DNA from: an uncultured Clostridia bacterium
GTDB taxonomy: Bacteria; Bacillota; Clostridia; Christensenellales; CAG-138
Direction: 5' to 3'
Length of the DNA: 58,464 nucleotides
NCBI GenBank assembly: GCA_937915455.1
Contig: CALDNN010000102.1
Span: forward strand, 1 to 58,464
Positions 17,327-27,313 of the stretch are shown here, piece by piece. Each line of letters starts with the position of its first letter. Position 1 is the stretch's first letter. Below the pieces are notes generated by a model, which did no database searches, was not told where the DNA came from, and was given only the letters and a program-made list of their open reading frames with translations. The position numbers and the translations under genes are program-made.

Positions 17327-18889
17327 ATGGCGGAAACAATATTGGAATTGAAGGATATAACGAAGATCTTTCCGCATCCGGAAACGCCGGTCAGGGCGAA
17401 CGATGGAGTATCGCTTTCGCTGCGGCGTGGCGAAATACATGCTATTGTTGGTGAAAATGGAACGGGCAAAAGCACCCTGATGAATATTCTGTACGGCCTT
17501 TTGCAGCCGGATGGCGGTGAAATCATTTTGAAAGGGCAGCCGGTCAAATTCAGGAGCCCACGCGACGCCATGCGCAATGGCATAGGCATGGTTCATCAGC
17601 ATTTCATGCTCGTACCTTCCTTCACCGTAGCAGAAAATCTTGTATTCGGGTTCGAGCCCCGCAAAAAAGGCATCTTCGTGGATAAAGGGAAGGCAAACGA
17701 GATTACAAAACAGATTGCCGAAAAATATGGATTTGAAGTCGACCCTGGAAGAAAGGTTGCCGATTGCCCCCTGAGTATGCAACAGAGGGTAGAAATTTTA
17801 AAAATACTGTTTCATGGCGCTGAAATATTAATTTTTGACGAGCCCACCGCGGTTTTAACGCCGTCTGAAACAGACGAGCTGTTTAAAGCTTTTACCGCGC
17901 TACGGGCGGATGGCAAGACCATTGTCTTTATCACCCATAAACTCAGAGAGGTTATGGCCATTGCGGATTGCGTCACGGTCATGCGCAAGGGCAAGGTTGT
18001 CACTACGGTGGATAAGAATGATACCTCCGTAGAGGATCTTGCGGAAAAGATGGTGGGCAAGCGTATCAACATAGCGGATAGGCAGATAGCAAACGCTGCG
18101 CAGGAAACCGGGTCCATCATCCTTTCCTTGGAAAATGTGAGTACCGGCCTCTCTGCTTCGGGCAAGAAGCTCAGCAATCTGTCCTTTGATTTGCACGAAG
18201 GCGAGATTGTCGGCATAGCGGGTGTAGGCGGCAACGGACAGGAGCTTCTTGTGGAAACCATTAGCGGCCTGAATACCGATGTTACCGGCGGCCATGTGCG
18301 ATACAGGGGAAAAGATATCACGGGGTATAACGCCGCCAGGATGCGAGAAATCGGCATTGCCCATATCACCGGCGAACGATATCTGCGCGGCATTAGCTCC
18401 GTATCGAATATCTACGATAACCTGATTATGGGTGCGCACCGCCGTGCACCGTGGGCAAAGGGCATGTTTATTAAGCCCAAGGAGCTTGTTGTTCTGGCCG
18501 ATACGTTGATTCAGGATTTTGACATCAAGGCGGCCTCGCGGAACATGGATATTATGAACCTATCCGGCGGCAACATTCAAAAATGCATCCTTGCCCGGGA
18601 GTTGAACCTGGCGAAGGAGTTGATCCTGGCCGAAGAGCCCACGCGCGGCGTAGATGTTGGTTCACAGTCCTTCATTCACCATACGCTTATCCAAAAATGC
18701 AAAGAAGGCTATGGTGTTGTGCTTGTTTCGACCGACCTTGACGAAGTGCTGGCTCTGAGCAGCGTTGTGTATGTGATGTTTGACGGCCACATTATTGGCA
18801 CGGTCGATCCCGAATCGCCGGACGCACGGGAGAAGATCGGCCTGCTGATGGCCGGAATTGCCACGGAAGAGGAGCGTGACGCCATATGA
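17327..18889 (+). CDS. ABC transporter ATP-binding protein, duplicated ATPase (CUT2/nucleoside type)
   Basis: GENGTGKST, ILIFDEPT, a second cassette with LSGGNIQK, and LAEEPTRGVD. Start at ATG 17327 (MAETILELKD). Confidence 0.9.
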   Translation: MAETILELKDITKIFPHPETPVRANDGVSLSLRRGEIHAIVGENGTGKSTLMNILYGLLQPDGGEIILKGQPVKFRSPRDAMRNGIGMVHQHFMLVPSFTVAENLVFGFEPRKKGIFVDKGKANEITKQIAEKYGFEVDPGRKVADCPLSMQQRVEILKILFHGAEILIFDEPTAVLTPSETDELFKAFTALRADGKTIVFITHKLREVMAIADCVTVMRKGKVVTTVDKNDTSVEDLAEKMVGKRINIADRQIANAAQETGSIILSLENVSTGLSASGKKLSNLSFDLHEGEIVGIAGVGGNGQELLVETISGLNTDVTGGHVRYRGKDITGYNAARMREIGIAHITGERYLRGISSVSNIYDNLIMGAHRRAPWAKGMFIKPKELVVLADTLIQDFDIKAASRNMDIMNLSGGNIQKCILARELNLAKELILAEEPTRGVDVGSQSFIHHTLIQKCKEGYGVVLVSTDLDEVLALSSVVYVMFDGHIIGTVDPESPDAREKIGLLMAGIATEEERDAI

Positions 18890-19941
18890 ACAAACCTTGG
18901 GTACAATCTATACTCAGGCTGCTCATCGCATTTGCGGTTGGCCTTATTATCAGCAGCATCTTTATTCTGGCCGTGGGAGAAAATCCCATTGAAGCCTATA
19001 TCGCCCTTCTGTCAGGTGCTTTCGGAAGCAACCTGAGCATTTTCACCACGCTGCGCTGGACTGTGCCTTATATCATCGTCGGCGTAGCCGCGGCGGTATC
19101 CTTTAAGGCCGGGTTGTTCAACATGGGCCTTGAAGGCTGTGTTTATGCGGGCGCGCTTGTAGCGGGGCTGCTCGGCACCATGAAGGGGATGTCCGCCGTG
19201 GTTCACATACCGCTGTGCATCCTTGGCGCGGTTGCCGTCGGCATGCTCTGGATGTGGGTGCCCGCCTTCCTGAAATCACGCTTCGGCACGAGCGAGGTAA
19301 TCATAACATGGATGCAAAGCTATGCGATGGTACTGCTATGTTCCTTCCTTGTGACCAGCTATTTCCAGCGGCCTGAAGATATCATGAGCGCGGCGCAGCA
19401 GGTGCGCACGCCCTTTATTGAGGCCTCTGCCACGCTCAATCCAATCGTTCAGCCCTACAAGCTAAACTCCTCGCTATATATTGCCATCGTGCTGGTCGTC
19501 CTGTTCTACGTTTTTACCAAGTATACCAAGCGCGGTTATGAACACAGAATGATGGGGCTCTCCTATGACTTTTCTGTTTATGGCGGCGTGAATACCAAGG
19601 ATATCCAGTTCTGGGCACTACTGATAAGTGGCGGCATCGCCGCGATTGCGGGTGCTGCGGAAACGATGGGCGTAAACGGGCAGTATATACACGGTTTTTC
19701 AACCTCCATGGGACCAAACGGCATTATGGTCGCCCTGATGGGCAGGCTCAACCCGGTTGGCATCGCAGCAGCTTCCCTATTTATGGGGGCAATTCAAAGC
19801 GGCGCACGCGCCATGGTTCGCGCTACCGATGTTTCTGTTTACACAATGAACATCATGATCAGCATCATCGTTATCTGCATTACTGCCGATGGGCTCTACG
19901 AGTTGCTGCGCATTAAGAAGCGCCAGAGGGAGGGCGATTAA
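18886..19941 (+). CDS. ABC transporter permease (BMP/CUT2 system)
   Basis: 351 aa polytopic protein that overlaps the ATPase stop (ATGA). Confidence 0.85.
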   Translation: MNKPWVQSILRLLIAFAVGLIISSIFILAVGENPIEAYIALLSGAFGSNLSIFTTLRWTVPYIIVGVAAAVSFKAGLFNMGLEGCVYAGALVAGLLGTMKGMSAVVHIPLCILGAVAVGMLWMWVPAFLKSRFGTSEVIITWMQSYAMVLLCSFLVTSYFQRPEDIMSAAQQVRTPFIEASATLNPIVQPYKLNSSLYIAIVLVVLFYVFTKYTKRGYEHRMMGLSYDFSVYGGVNTKDIQFWALLISGGIAAIAGAAETMGVNGQYIHGFSTSMGPNGIMVALMGRLNPVGIAAASLFMGAIQSGARAMVRATDVSVYTMNIMISIIVICITADGLYELLRIKKRQREGD

Positions 19942-19942
19942 T

Positions 19943-20839
19943 ATGTTGGATATCCTTTTTAGTGAGCATACCATTACTACGGGTATCAGCCTTGCAACCC
20001 CCATCCTGCTATGCGCGCTAGGCGGTGCGGTTTGTTCTAAATCCGGCAACTTCAATATTGCCATGGAAGGGTTTATGCTTATCGGCGCGTTTTTCGGCGT
20101 AGTCGGCGCTTATTATATGAATAGCGTAGCCATGGGTTTGCTCTTTGCCATGCTCGCCTCGGTTCTGATTGCGCTTTTATACGGCTTGTTCCTGATGAAG
20201 TTCAGAGCGGATGAAATCATTCTGGGCTTCGGCTTTAACATGCTGGCGGTTGCACTTACGGGATGGCTGCTAGAGCCGGTCTTCGGAGGCGCAGGCTCCT
20301 TCTATAACCCTGCCACGCCGTCTCTTGAAAAAATTGTAATCCCCTTTTTGGAGGGTATTCCCGTTCTTCGCTGCCTGAGCGGCCACAACATGATCGTTTA
20401 TCTCTCCTGGATACTGGTGCTTGTGATTCATTTCATGATGTACAAGACCCCGCTAGGATTCAGGCTGCGGGCCCTGGGTGAAAACCCACGCACGCTGGGG
20501 GTAAGCGGCCTGCACACGGATAGATATCGCTACTTGTCGGAAATTATCGTAGGCGTGCTTTGCGGCCTCGCAGGCGCCTTCCTTTCCATCGGCAATCTAT
20601 CTATGTTCACCGAAAACATGACCTCTGGCCGCGGATATATCGCAGTTGCCGCCGTTGGCTTTAGCAATGGCTATATTCCGATCACCGCACTTGCCGGCCT
20701 GATCTTCGGCCTGACCAGCAGCGCGGCTATACAGTTGCAAGGCATTGGATTCCCCTCGCAGCTGGTCGATATGACGCCTTATGTAATCACGATTGTTATC
20801 ATTTTGATTTCTGCGTTTAATCGCAGGAAAACCCGATAA
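19943..20839 (+). CDS. ABC transporter permease (BMP/CUT2 system)
   Basis: Polytopic protein. Start set at ATG 19943 (MLDILFSEH), directly after the upstream stop. Confidence 0.85.
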   Translation: MLDILFSEHTITTGISLATPILLCALGGAVCSKSGNFNIAMEGFMLIGAFFGVVGAYYMNSVAMGLLFAMLASVLIALLYGLFLMKFRADEIILGFGFNMLAVALTGWLLEPVFGGAGSFYNPATPSLEKIVIPFLEGIPVLRCLSGHNMIVYLSWILVLVIHFMMYKTPLGFRLRALGENPRTLGVSGLHTDRYRYLSEIIVGVLCGLAGAFLSIGNLSMFTENMTSGRGYIAVAAVGFSNGYIPITALAGLIFGLTSSAAIQLQGIGFPSQLVDMTPYVITIVIILISAFNRRKTR

Positions 20840-20856
20840 AGCAGGAGGATGAAGCA

Positions 20857-22086
20857 ATGACGACTTATATCAAAGCAGCCCGGCTCATTGACTGCACCGG
20901 TGCGCAGCCAATGCTTGCTCCGGTGATCGTTGTGGATGGCGAGTATATTACCCGCATCGCGGATGCCGCAAGCATCGAAATTCCTTTGGATGCCAATGTC
21001 ATAGACTGCGGACAGGATACCCTAATGGCGGGCCTGATCGATTCCCATATCCATGTGGGTGAGGATGCGCGGCGGGATGAATCCGTAAAGCAGCAGCATC
21101 TTCAGCCGGACGGGCTCCGCGCAATCCGTGGCGCGGTGACGCTGAAGGACGATTTGATGTGCGGCGTAACCAGTGCCCGCGCCTTGGGCGACGGCACGGG
21201 CTGTGTGGACGTGATCCTCCGCGATGCGATCAACCGCGGGGAAATTACGGGCCCCCGGCTTCAAGTTGCCGCGCAGGCTATCCGCCCTTCTAACGGCACC
21301 GCCCCTGAGATTGGCGTTGTTGCGGATGGCGAGGATGAAATGCGCAAGGCCGTGCGTCGCGCAATCTTCAACGGCGCTGATGTGATCAAGCTTTTTATCT
21401 CCAACGTATCCAGAGGCGAAACCTATCTGGACTATCTCAAAGGCGATCTTACGCAGGTATCCGCGTATACGAAGCGTGAGCTTGAGGTGGCGGTTGAAGA
21501 GGCGCACCGCTGCGGCATAAAGGTTGCCGGGCACTGCATCGGCGGCGATGTGGTTAAGTGGGCGCTGGAGGCTGGTCTCGCATCGCTCGAACACGCAAAT
21601 CTCATTGAAGAGGACGATATCCCTTATTTCAAAAAGTATGGGGGATATATAAGCGATCCCAACCTAATTTTGTTTTTCGATCCGGTGCGCGGCTTTGAGT
21701 CTCCCACGATCAAAACGCACAAATGGAACCAGCTCCCGCACTGGTGGCATGAAAAGGTATGGCGCGCGCGGGAACAAACCACCCGCGTTATGGGCAAGGC
21801 CTTAAAGGAAGGTGTGAAATTCGCTTTGGGCACAGATCTAAACCACACGATGCTCTGGCTCGAATGCAAATATTTCATTGAAAACATAGGTGCTTCCAAT
21901 ATGCAGGCGCTGCTTGCCGTTACCAGGGACAGCGCGCAGCTTCTTGGGACGGACCACGAGGTTGGCACCATAGAAAAGGGAAAGCTTGCGGATATTATCT
22001 CTCTCGACGGCGATCCGCTCGCTGATATTTCCGCCCTCAGCCGGGTGAAACTGGTGATGAAAGGCGGCAGCGTCGCAAAACGATAA
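20857..22086 (+). CDS. metal-dependent amidohydrolase family protein
   Basis: 409 aa with GLIDSHIHVG (HxH metal motif), KVAGHC and C-terminal GTIEKGKLADII. Confidence 0.8.
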   Translation: MTTYIKAARLIDCTGAQPMLAPVIVVDGEYITRIADAASIEIPLDANVIDCGQDTLMAGLIDSHIHVGEDARRDESVKQQHLQPDGLRAIRGAVTLKDDLMCGVTSARALGDGTGCVDVILRDAINRGEITGPRLQVAAQAIRPSNGTAPEIGVVADGEDEMRKAVRRAIFNGADVIKLFISNVSRGETYLDYLKGDLTQVSAYTKRELEVAVEEAHRCGIKVAGHCIGGDVVKWALEAGLASLEHANLIEEDDIPYFKKYGGYISDPNLILFFDPVRGFESPTIKTHKWNQLPHWWHEKVWRAREQTTRVMGKALKEGVKFALGTDLNHTMLWLECKYFIENIGASNMQALLAVTRDSAQLLGTDHEVGTIEKGKLADIISLDGDPLADISALSRVKLVMKGGSVAKR

Positions 22087-22218
22087 GTTGCGCCCGGCAT
22101 TGTATCCTGCCTCTCGGAACCGGAAACAGCGCGGGCTTATGGCTGGATTTTTCAATGCGTATCCAAACCGAATCAGATAAAGACGGACCTCGGCAAGAGC
22201 CGGGGTCCGTTTTCCCAT

Positions 22219-23661
22219 TTAATAAGTCCCGATAGGGGGCTGCACATATTCGGGAAGAGGACAAACATAACGCCCGCCGTTTTTTTCGGCGACCTCACGC
22301 TTTGCCTGCTCTATCAGCGCCGGCTGCTCCATCGTGCGCACGCAGGCAAGGGCCATAACCTGCGCCGCCCGCAGCATGCCCTTCATGCCGATTGCGGAGC
22401 ATGAAAAGGCCGTATTCTGCCATGTATGGCCGACATTCCCCAGGCAGGCCGTGGCAACGTGCAGCATGACGGTCGGCGTAATATAGCCTACATCCCCCAC
22501 GTCCGTGGAACCGGATTCGTAGCCGGTTTCACGGGGGTTAAAGGGATGCACGGCCTTATCCAGCGGCGCCATCAGCGCTTCATCCAGTTCGTTCGGGGCG
22601 AAATACTCCGTTAACGCCTCCCGTATATTGGCAAGCGTGTGCTTGCTGTAGCTGCGCAGAAAATCCGTCGCCAGCTTGTAATCCGCATCATCCCAATCGG
22701 GCGCACCGGCGGATCGAAGGCATTCGTCCATGACGGCTGCCAGCGTTTTGTTTGGCACATAGTCTGAAAATGCCATGGTAACGTCAAACCGCATCTGTGT
22801 GCCGGTCATCAGGGCCGCGCCCTTTGCCACGTCAACAACCCTGGTGAACAGATCCTGCATCTGCCTTACCTTGGGCGCGCGCACTTCATATTTAATAACC
22901 GCGTGGCTCTGCACCACATTCGGCGCAGTGCCGCCGGCATCCGAATAGGCGTAGTGGATGCGGGCGGAATCAATCATATGCTCGCGCAGGTAGTTCACGC
23001 CGACGTTCATCAGCTCCACTGCATCCAGCGCCGATCTTCCCAAATGCGGCGCGCCGCCCGCGTGGGAAGAAACGCCGTCAAAGATGAAGTTTGCGCCCAT
23101 AATGGCAACGCTGCCTTTGGCTGGAACCTCGTTAACCGTAGCCGGGTGCCATGTATAGGCAAAGTCTACATCGTCAAAATAACCGGCGCGGGCAATGAAC
23201 TGCTTGGAGCCGGCCCCCTCTTCCGCGGGGCACCCGAAGAAGATCACCGTGCCGTCTCTGTTTTCTTGCAGCAGATAATCCTTCAGCGCTGCAGCGGCTG
23301 CATAGCAGCCCGCACCCAGCAGGTTGTGGCCGCAGCCATGCCCTGCCCCTCCTTCCTTAACGGGTTCCTGTGTGGGAAAGGCGGCTTTTTGGCTTAATCC
23401 ATACAGCGCATCATACTCGGCAAGCAGTCCTATTGTTGGCTTTCCGCTGCCGTTCCTGAAGGTAGCCGTAAACGCGGTGGGTATTTGGGCAATGTTTTTC
23501 TCAATCGTAAAGCCTTGTTTTTCTAGCGCCTCCTGCAATACTGTGGCCGAACGAACCTCGCAGTACGGCAGCTCCGCAAAACCCCATATCTCGCTGGCGA
23601 GGCGAACGGCCTCATCAGCCTTAGCTGCGATCAGTCGGTTTATCTTATCATTCAAACTCAT
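22219..23661 (-). CDS. M20 family amidohydrolase, AbgB-like
   Basis: 480 aa with GAGHGCGHNLLGAG and FFGCPAEEGAGSK, typical of p-aminobenzoyl-glutamate hydrolase subunit B-like M20 enzymes. Confidence 0.8.
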   Translation of the reverse strand: MSLNDKINRLIAAKADEAVRLASEIWGFAELPYCEVRSATVLQEALEKQGFTIEKNIAQIPTAFTATFRNGSGKPTIGLLAEYDALYGLSQKAAFPTQEPVKEGGAGHGCGHNLLGAGCYAAAAALKDYLLQENRDGTVIFFGCPAEEGAGSKQFIARAGYFDDVDFAYTWHPATVNEVPAKGSVAIMGANFIFDGVSSHAGGAPHLGRSALDAVELMNVGVNYLREHMIDSARIHYAYSDAGGTAPNVVQSHAVIKYEVRAPKVRQMQDLFTRVVDVAKGAALMTGTQMRFDVTMAFSDYVPNKTLAAVMDECLRSAGAPDWDDADYKLATDFLRSYSKHTLANIREALTEYFAPNELDEALMAPLDKAVHPFNPRETGYESGSTDVGDVGYITPTVMLHVATACLGNVGHTWQNTAFSCSAIGMKGMLRAAQVMALACVRTMEQPALIEQAKREVAEKNGGRYVCPLPEYVQPPIGTY

Positions 23662-23671
23662 AGCGGCTCCT

Positions 23672-24406
23672 TTATAAAACCATGCTCAAAAACCGGATGG
23701 TGCTTGGATCACGCGGGCAGGTAAACATCACATCGGGGCTGCCCTCCTCCTTGATCACGCCGTCGGATATAAACAGCACGCGGTCTGAAATCTTGCGGGC
23801 AAATGCCATTTCATGCGTGACGATCACGATGGTCATGCCGCTTTTTGCCAGGTCGCCGATAACGCCCAAGACCTCCTTCACCATTTCCGGGTCGAGCGCG
23901 GAAGTCGGCTCGTCAAACAGCATCACCTCAGGGCGCATGGCCAGCGCCCTTACGATAGAGAGCCGCTGCTTCTGCCCGCCGGACAGCTTGCGGGGGTACT
24001 CGTCGGCTTTATCTGTTAGCCCTACGCGGCCAAGCAGCGCCATGGCTTCTTCCGTGGCTTGCGCTTTGGGTATTTTCTTCTCCAGGATCGGCGCGAGCGT
24101 GATGTTCTCCAGCACGCTCATGTGGGGGAAAACATTAAAGCTCTGAAAGACCATACCGATTTTCCGCCGGTATTGGCAAATGTCCAGGTTTTTTTGCGTG
24201 ATGTCCTGCCCTTTAAAGTATATCCTGCCTTCGGTGGGCTGTTCCAGCAGGTTTAGGCAACGCAGAAAGGTGGATTTGCCGCCGCCGGAGGGACCTATGA
24301 CAGATACCACCTCGCCCTGCCGTATGGCCGTGGTGGCGCCTTTTAATACTTCCAGCTTTCCAAAGCTCTTTTTGAGGTTTTCCACGCGCAGGATTTCGTT
24401 AGTCAC
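23672..24406 (-). CDS. polar amino acid ABC transporter ATP-binding protein
   Basis: [35 protein letters not shown]. Confidence 0.92.
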   Translation of the reverse strand: MTNEILRVENLKKSFGKLEVLKGATTAIRQGEVVSVIGPSGGGKSTFLRCLNLLEQPTEGRIYFKGQDITQKNLDICQYRRKIGMVFQSFNVFPHMSVLENITLAPILEKKIPKAQATEEAMALLGRVGLTDKADEYPRKLSGGQKQRLSIVRALAMRPEVMLFDEPTSALDPEMVKEVLGVIGDLAKSGMTIVIVTHEMAFARKISDRVLFISDGVIKEEGSPDVMFTCPRDPSTIRFLSMVL

Positions 24407-25058
24407 TGACCATCAGCCTCCTCTCCAGCAGCTTGAGAAGCTTTGAAAGCAGAAAATTCAGCATAAAGTAGATGACGCCCACGATCGTCAACGATTGCAG
24501 CGCAAGGAATGTCGCCGACTGCACGCTCTTATAGCTGGTCATCAGCTCGCCCACAAAGAACACCGAAGCAAGCGACGTTCCTTTTACCGTGGAGATGAAT
24601 TCATTGCCAAGCGCCGGCAGGATGTTCTTGACCGCTTGCGGAAGGATGACCCGGGTCATCACATGGGTATTGCTCAGGCCGATGCTTTTCGCGGCTTCCC
24701 ACTGCCCTTTATCCACGGCGTTGATGCCGGCGCGGATGATCTCGGAAACATATGCAGAGCTGTTGATAACCAGCGCTACGACGATGCAGGCTGTGTCGGA
24801 AAGCTCAAAAGGCACGATCTTTGGCAGACCAATCCAGAAAAAGTAAAGCTGCAGCAAGATCGGCGTGCCGCGCAACACCTCAATGTATATATCCGAAAGG
24901 GTATTGAGCGCTTTGCATCTCCCCATGCGCATCAGAGCCACCAGTATGCCCAGCAGCGTGCCGCACAGCACCGTCACCGCCGAAATCCACAGCGTTCCGC
25001 CAAGGCCCGAGAGAAACACCGCGCTATATTTGGCCCACAGCTTCACAATTTTATCCAT
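24399..25058 (-). CDS. polar amino acid ABC transporter permease
   Basis: 219 aa, 5 TM segments, EAA-type loop [10 protein letters not shown]...RVILPQA. Confidence 0.9.
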   Translation of the reverse strand: MDKIVKLWAKYSAVFLSGLGGTLWISAVTVLCGTLLGILVALMRMGRCKALNTLSDIYIEVLRGTPILLQLYFFWIGLPKIVPFELSDTACIVVALVINSSAYVSEIIRAGINAVDKGQWEAAKSIGLSNTHVMTRVILPQAVKNILPALGNEFISTVKGTSLASVFFVGELMTSYKSVQSATFLALQSLTIVGVIYFMLNFLLSKLLKLLERRLMVSD

Positions 25059-25088
25059 GATTGGAATGCTCCTACCGAATCGGAATTT

Positions 25089-25925
25089 TTACTCAATGCC
25101 CAGCGTTGCGGCATAATCGGCGTACTCGCTAAACCAGGCTTCCAATTTCCCCTGGGCGCGCAGCTCGTCTATGCACTGGTTGATAACCTCCATCAGGCTC
25201 TCGGTGCCCTCCTTGGGCGCAGCAACACGGGTGCCGTTCATCTCTTCGCTCACCTCAAAGCGGAAGGAGGTCAGGGCCAATCCACCGTTTGCTTCGGCAT
25301 AGAGCTGCGCGGAGGCAAGGCTGCATACGCAAATGTCGGCCTTGCCTTCGGCCACCGCCAGGTAACCATCCGTCATGGCGGATACCAGCTTGAATTCCTT
25401 GCAGGTTTTGATATTGTCGTTATACAGCGCCTCCTGAACGGAGCCGCTTTGGGTGACGATAACGGCCTGCTGCGCTTCTTCGATGGTGGTGTACTTTTCG
25501 GCGTCTTCCGTTCGCACAAGGAGGCCGTAGCCATCGTCGCTGAAGTAATATCCTTTGGACATCGCCATGTTTTCCGCACGGGCTGGAGAATAGGCGATTG
25601 CGGATATGGCCAAATCATACTTACCGTCAATCACGCCGGCCTGCACCGCGGAAAACTCCAAGGGAACGATGCGTAGCTCCACGCCGATCTTTTCGGCAAT
25701 ATACCTTGCCAGTTCTATGTCCATACCTACATACTGGTCATCCCCGGCCTTGGTCGTGTCCATGAATTCATAGGGAGTAAAATATGGTTCCGTGCAGACT
25801 TCTATGTATCCTTGCTGCTTGATTTGTGCCAGCCGATCCGTCGCCTTGCTGCCGGCGCCGCTTGCACAGGCGGTGCAAGCTAAAAGCGTCGCAATTGCCA
25901 GCAGAATCGCTATAATCCTTTTCAT
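25089..25925 (-). CDS. amino acid ABC transporter substrate-binding lipoprotein
   Basis: Signal peptide with lipobox LLACTAC and a family-3 SBP body (GMDIELARYIAEKIG, YDLAISAI). Confidence 0.88.
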   Translation of the reverse strand: MKRIIAILLAIATLLACTACASGAGSKATDRLAQIKQQGYIEVCTEPYFTPYEFMDTTKAGDDQYVGMDIELARYIAEKIGVELRIVPLEFSAVQAGVIDGKYDLAISAIAYSPARAENMAMSKGYYFSDDGYGLLVRTEDAEKYTTIEEAQQAVIVTQSGSVQEALYNDNIKTCKEFKLVSAMTDGYLAVAEGKADICVCSLASAQLYAEANGGLALTSFRFEVSEEMNGTRVAAPKEGTESLMEVINQCIDELRAQGKLEAWFSEYADYAATLGIE

Positions 25926-25969
25926 TTTGAATTCCCCTTTTCTTTTCGCTCTCGCGTTTTACTGGATAG

Positions 25970-25998
25970 ATCATAACACAAGCGTTTGGAAATATCAA
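25970..25998 (-). promoter_or_regulatory. candidate promoter TTGATA-17-TATGAT of the amino-acid ABC/M20 operon
   Basis: Minus-strand TTGATA (25998-25993), a 17-nt spacer, TATGAT (25975-25970). Confidence 0.45.
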
Positions 25999-26576
25999 TA
26001 CGTTAAAGTGATAAAGTGATATCTTGATAAAGAGCAAGGCAATGGCTGCTGTTTACGCAGATCCTCGGCGAGTGCAAGCGGCTGTTTGCTTAGCTGCCGC
26101 TTTTCATCAGATAAACAAACCAGCAGGCTCCGTAAGGGGCCTGCTTTTTGGTTCCGTATATTCTCCCAATATCAGCCGGCTTTTTCTTCGTCCAGCGGAA
26201 GGCCGCGCCCGGCCTTAGCTGGATGTGGCTTGCCATCCTGCTCAGCTTTGCCTTTTATCTGCCTGTGGTGCTCTGGTCCAATCAAAACCCCAAGGTTGGC
26301 ATGCTGATGCTGCCCAAAACCTGCGCTTACCTATGGATGCTGGCTATGTGCCTTTCCCTTTAAGCCGCCGCGCATATATAAAGGAAGAACAGGACGTATG
26401 GCTGATGGAAAAGATGGCCACTTCAACCGCGAGCTTATCCCGGAGCGCGCCACCGCCTGATCTTGGAAGGCGTTTGCCCGGCCTGCCAAGATCAAGCCGG
26501 ACAAGATCGGTGCAACAAACCATAAAAACAGCGCCGCGGCTTTGCCGTGGCACTGTTTGATTGGTAGCGGTTATGG

Positions 26577-27068
26577 CTAGAACAAAAGAAATACGTTTTG
26601 GTTGAACCAAGTATAGCCCAAATCGAGGCGGGAAAACAGGCCCAGCCTGGCCAGCAGGCCCAGCAGCAGCCACACGAGCAGCACACTGAGCAGGATGTTA
26701 AAACCGAAGAGGATCGTACCCTGTGCCCGTTTGCCTCCGCCCCGTTTTTTCGTCTCTGCGGGCGCGGCCGCAATAGCCTTGGGCGCTGCAGGTGCACCCG
26801 CGTCGCCCAAAGGACGGCCGGAGAGGTAGGCGGCGCTCTCCTCCATCACATACCCTTTGAGGAAGGGCCAGTAATCCTCCCCATCATAATCCACCACGGA
26901 AAGGGTGTCGAAGGCCTTGATAAAAACCGACTTGGTGACGGTGCGCGCGGCTTGCTCCACTTTGGTGTGGGAAAAGGCCAGGTCATAAACCCGGGCGCTG
27001 TATTCGTGGAAGAAATCGATTTTACAGCTGCCGCCTTGGCGAAATTGTTCGGCTGTATAGTGCCGCAT
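26577..27068 (-). CDS. membrane-anchored protein with sigma-70 region-2-like N-terminus
   Basis: 163 aa. FFHEYSARVYDLAFSHTKVEQAARTVTKSVFIKAF resembles sigma70_r2. A Pro/Ala-rich basic linker and one TM segment (ILFGFNILLSVLLVWLLLGLLA) follow. GGAGGTCAAG RBS. Confidence 0.6.
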   Translation of the reverse strand: MRHYTAEQFRQGGSCKIDFFHEYSARVYDLAFSHTKVEQAARTVTKSVFIKAFDTLSVVDYDGEDYWPFLKGYVMEESAAYLSGRPLGDAGAPAAPKAIAAAPAETKKRGGGKRAQGTILFGFNILLSVLLVWLLLGLLARLGLFSRLDLGYTWFNQNVFLLF

Positions 27069-27192
27069 CTTGACCTCCTGACGCCGCCCGCGTGGGTCGC
27101 CGCATTTTGTGATATTTTACCACGCCTTTCCCATATTTGTCCAATAGAGGAAAAATATACCCCGCCTGGCAATCCGTGGGCACAGAAACCCT

Positions 27193-27220
27193 TTCCAATG
27201 GGCGAAAAATAGATTATAAT
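27193..27220 (+). promoter_or_regulatory. candidate promoter TTCCAA-16-TATAAT of the polysaccharide operon
   Basis: TTCCAA at 27193-27198 and TATAAT at 27215-27220. Confidence 0.4.
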
Positions 27221-27239
27221 CAAATGAATATAAGATATC

Positions 27240-27279
27240 TTGGGGGGGTGTTTCGGCAAATGGCTTGCCCTGCCCCCAA
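27240..27279 (+). promoter_or_regulatory. G/C-clamped hairpin in the operon leader
   Basis: TTGGGGG...GGCAA-ATGGC-TTGCC...CCCCCAA: nested stems between the putative promoter and ATG 27314. Confidence 0.35.
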
Positions 27280-27313
27280 ATATACATTCATGTGAACAGG
27301 AATGGTATAATGT

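Noticed and set aside
21336-21347. 12-nt identity (ATGAAATGCGCA) between the CRISPR spacer and the amidohydrolase gene.
   Set aside because: It is too short and lacks flanking continuity. A match of this size is expected by chance in 58 kb, so it is not a self-target.
26024-26576. Overlapping short ORFs (26148-26363 hydrophobic 71 aa; 26225-26560; 26344-26673) and a hairpin plus T-tract at about 26122-26150 with no upstream gene on that strand.
   Set aside because: The hydrophobic ORF starts with TTG inside the hairpin's T-tract and matches no family I know. It could be a fragment of a degraded membrane-protein gene. The evidence is insufficient to call a feature.
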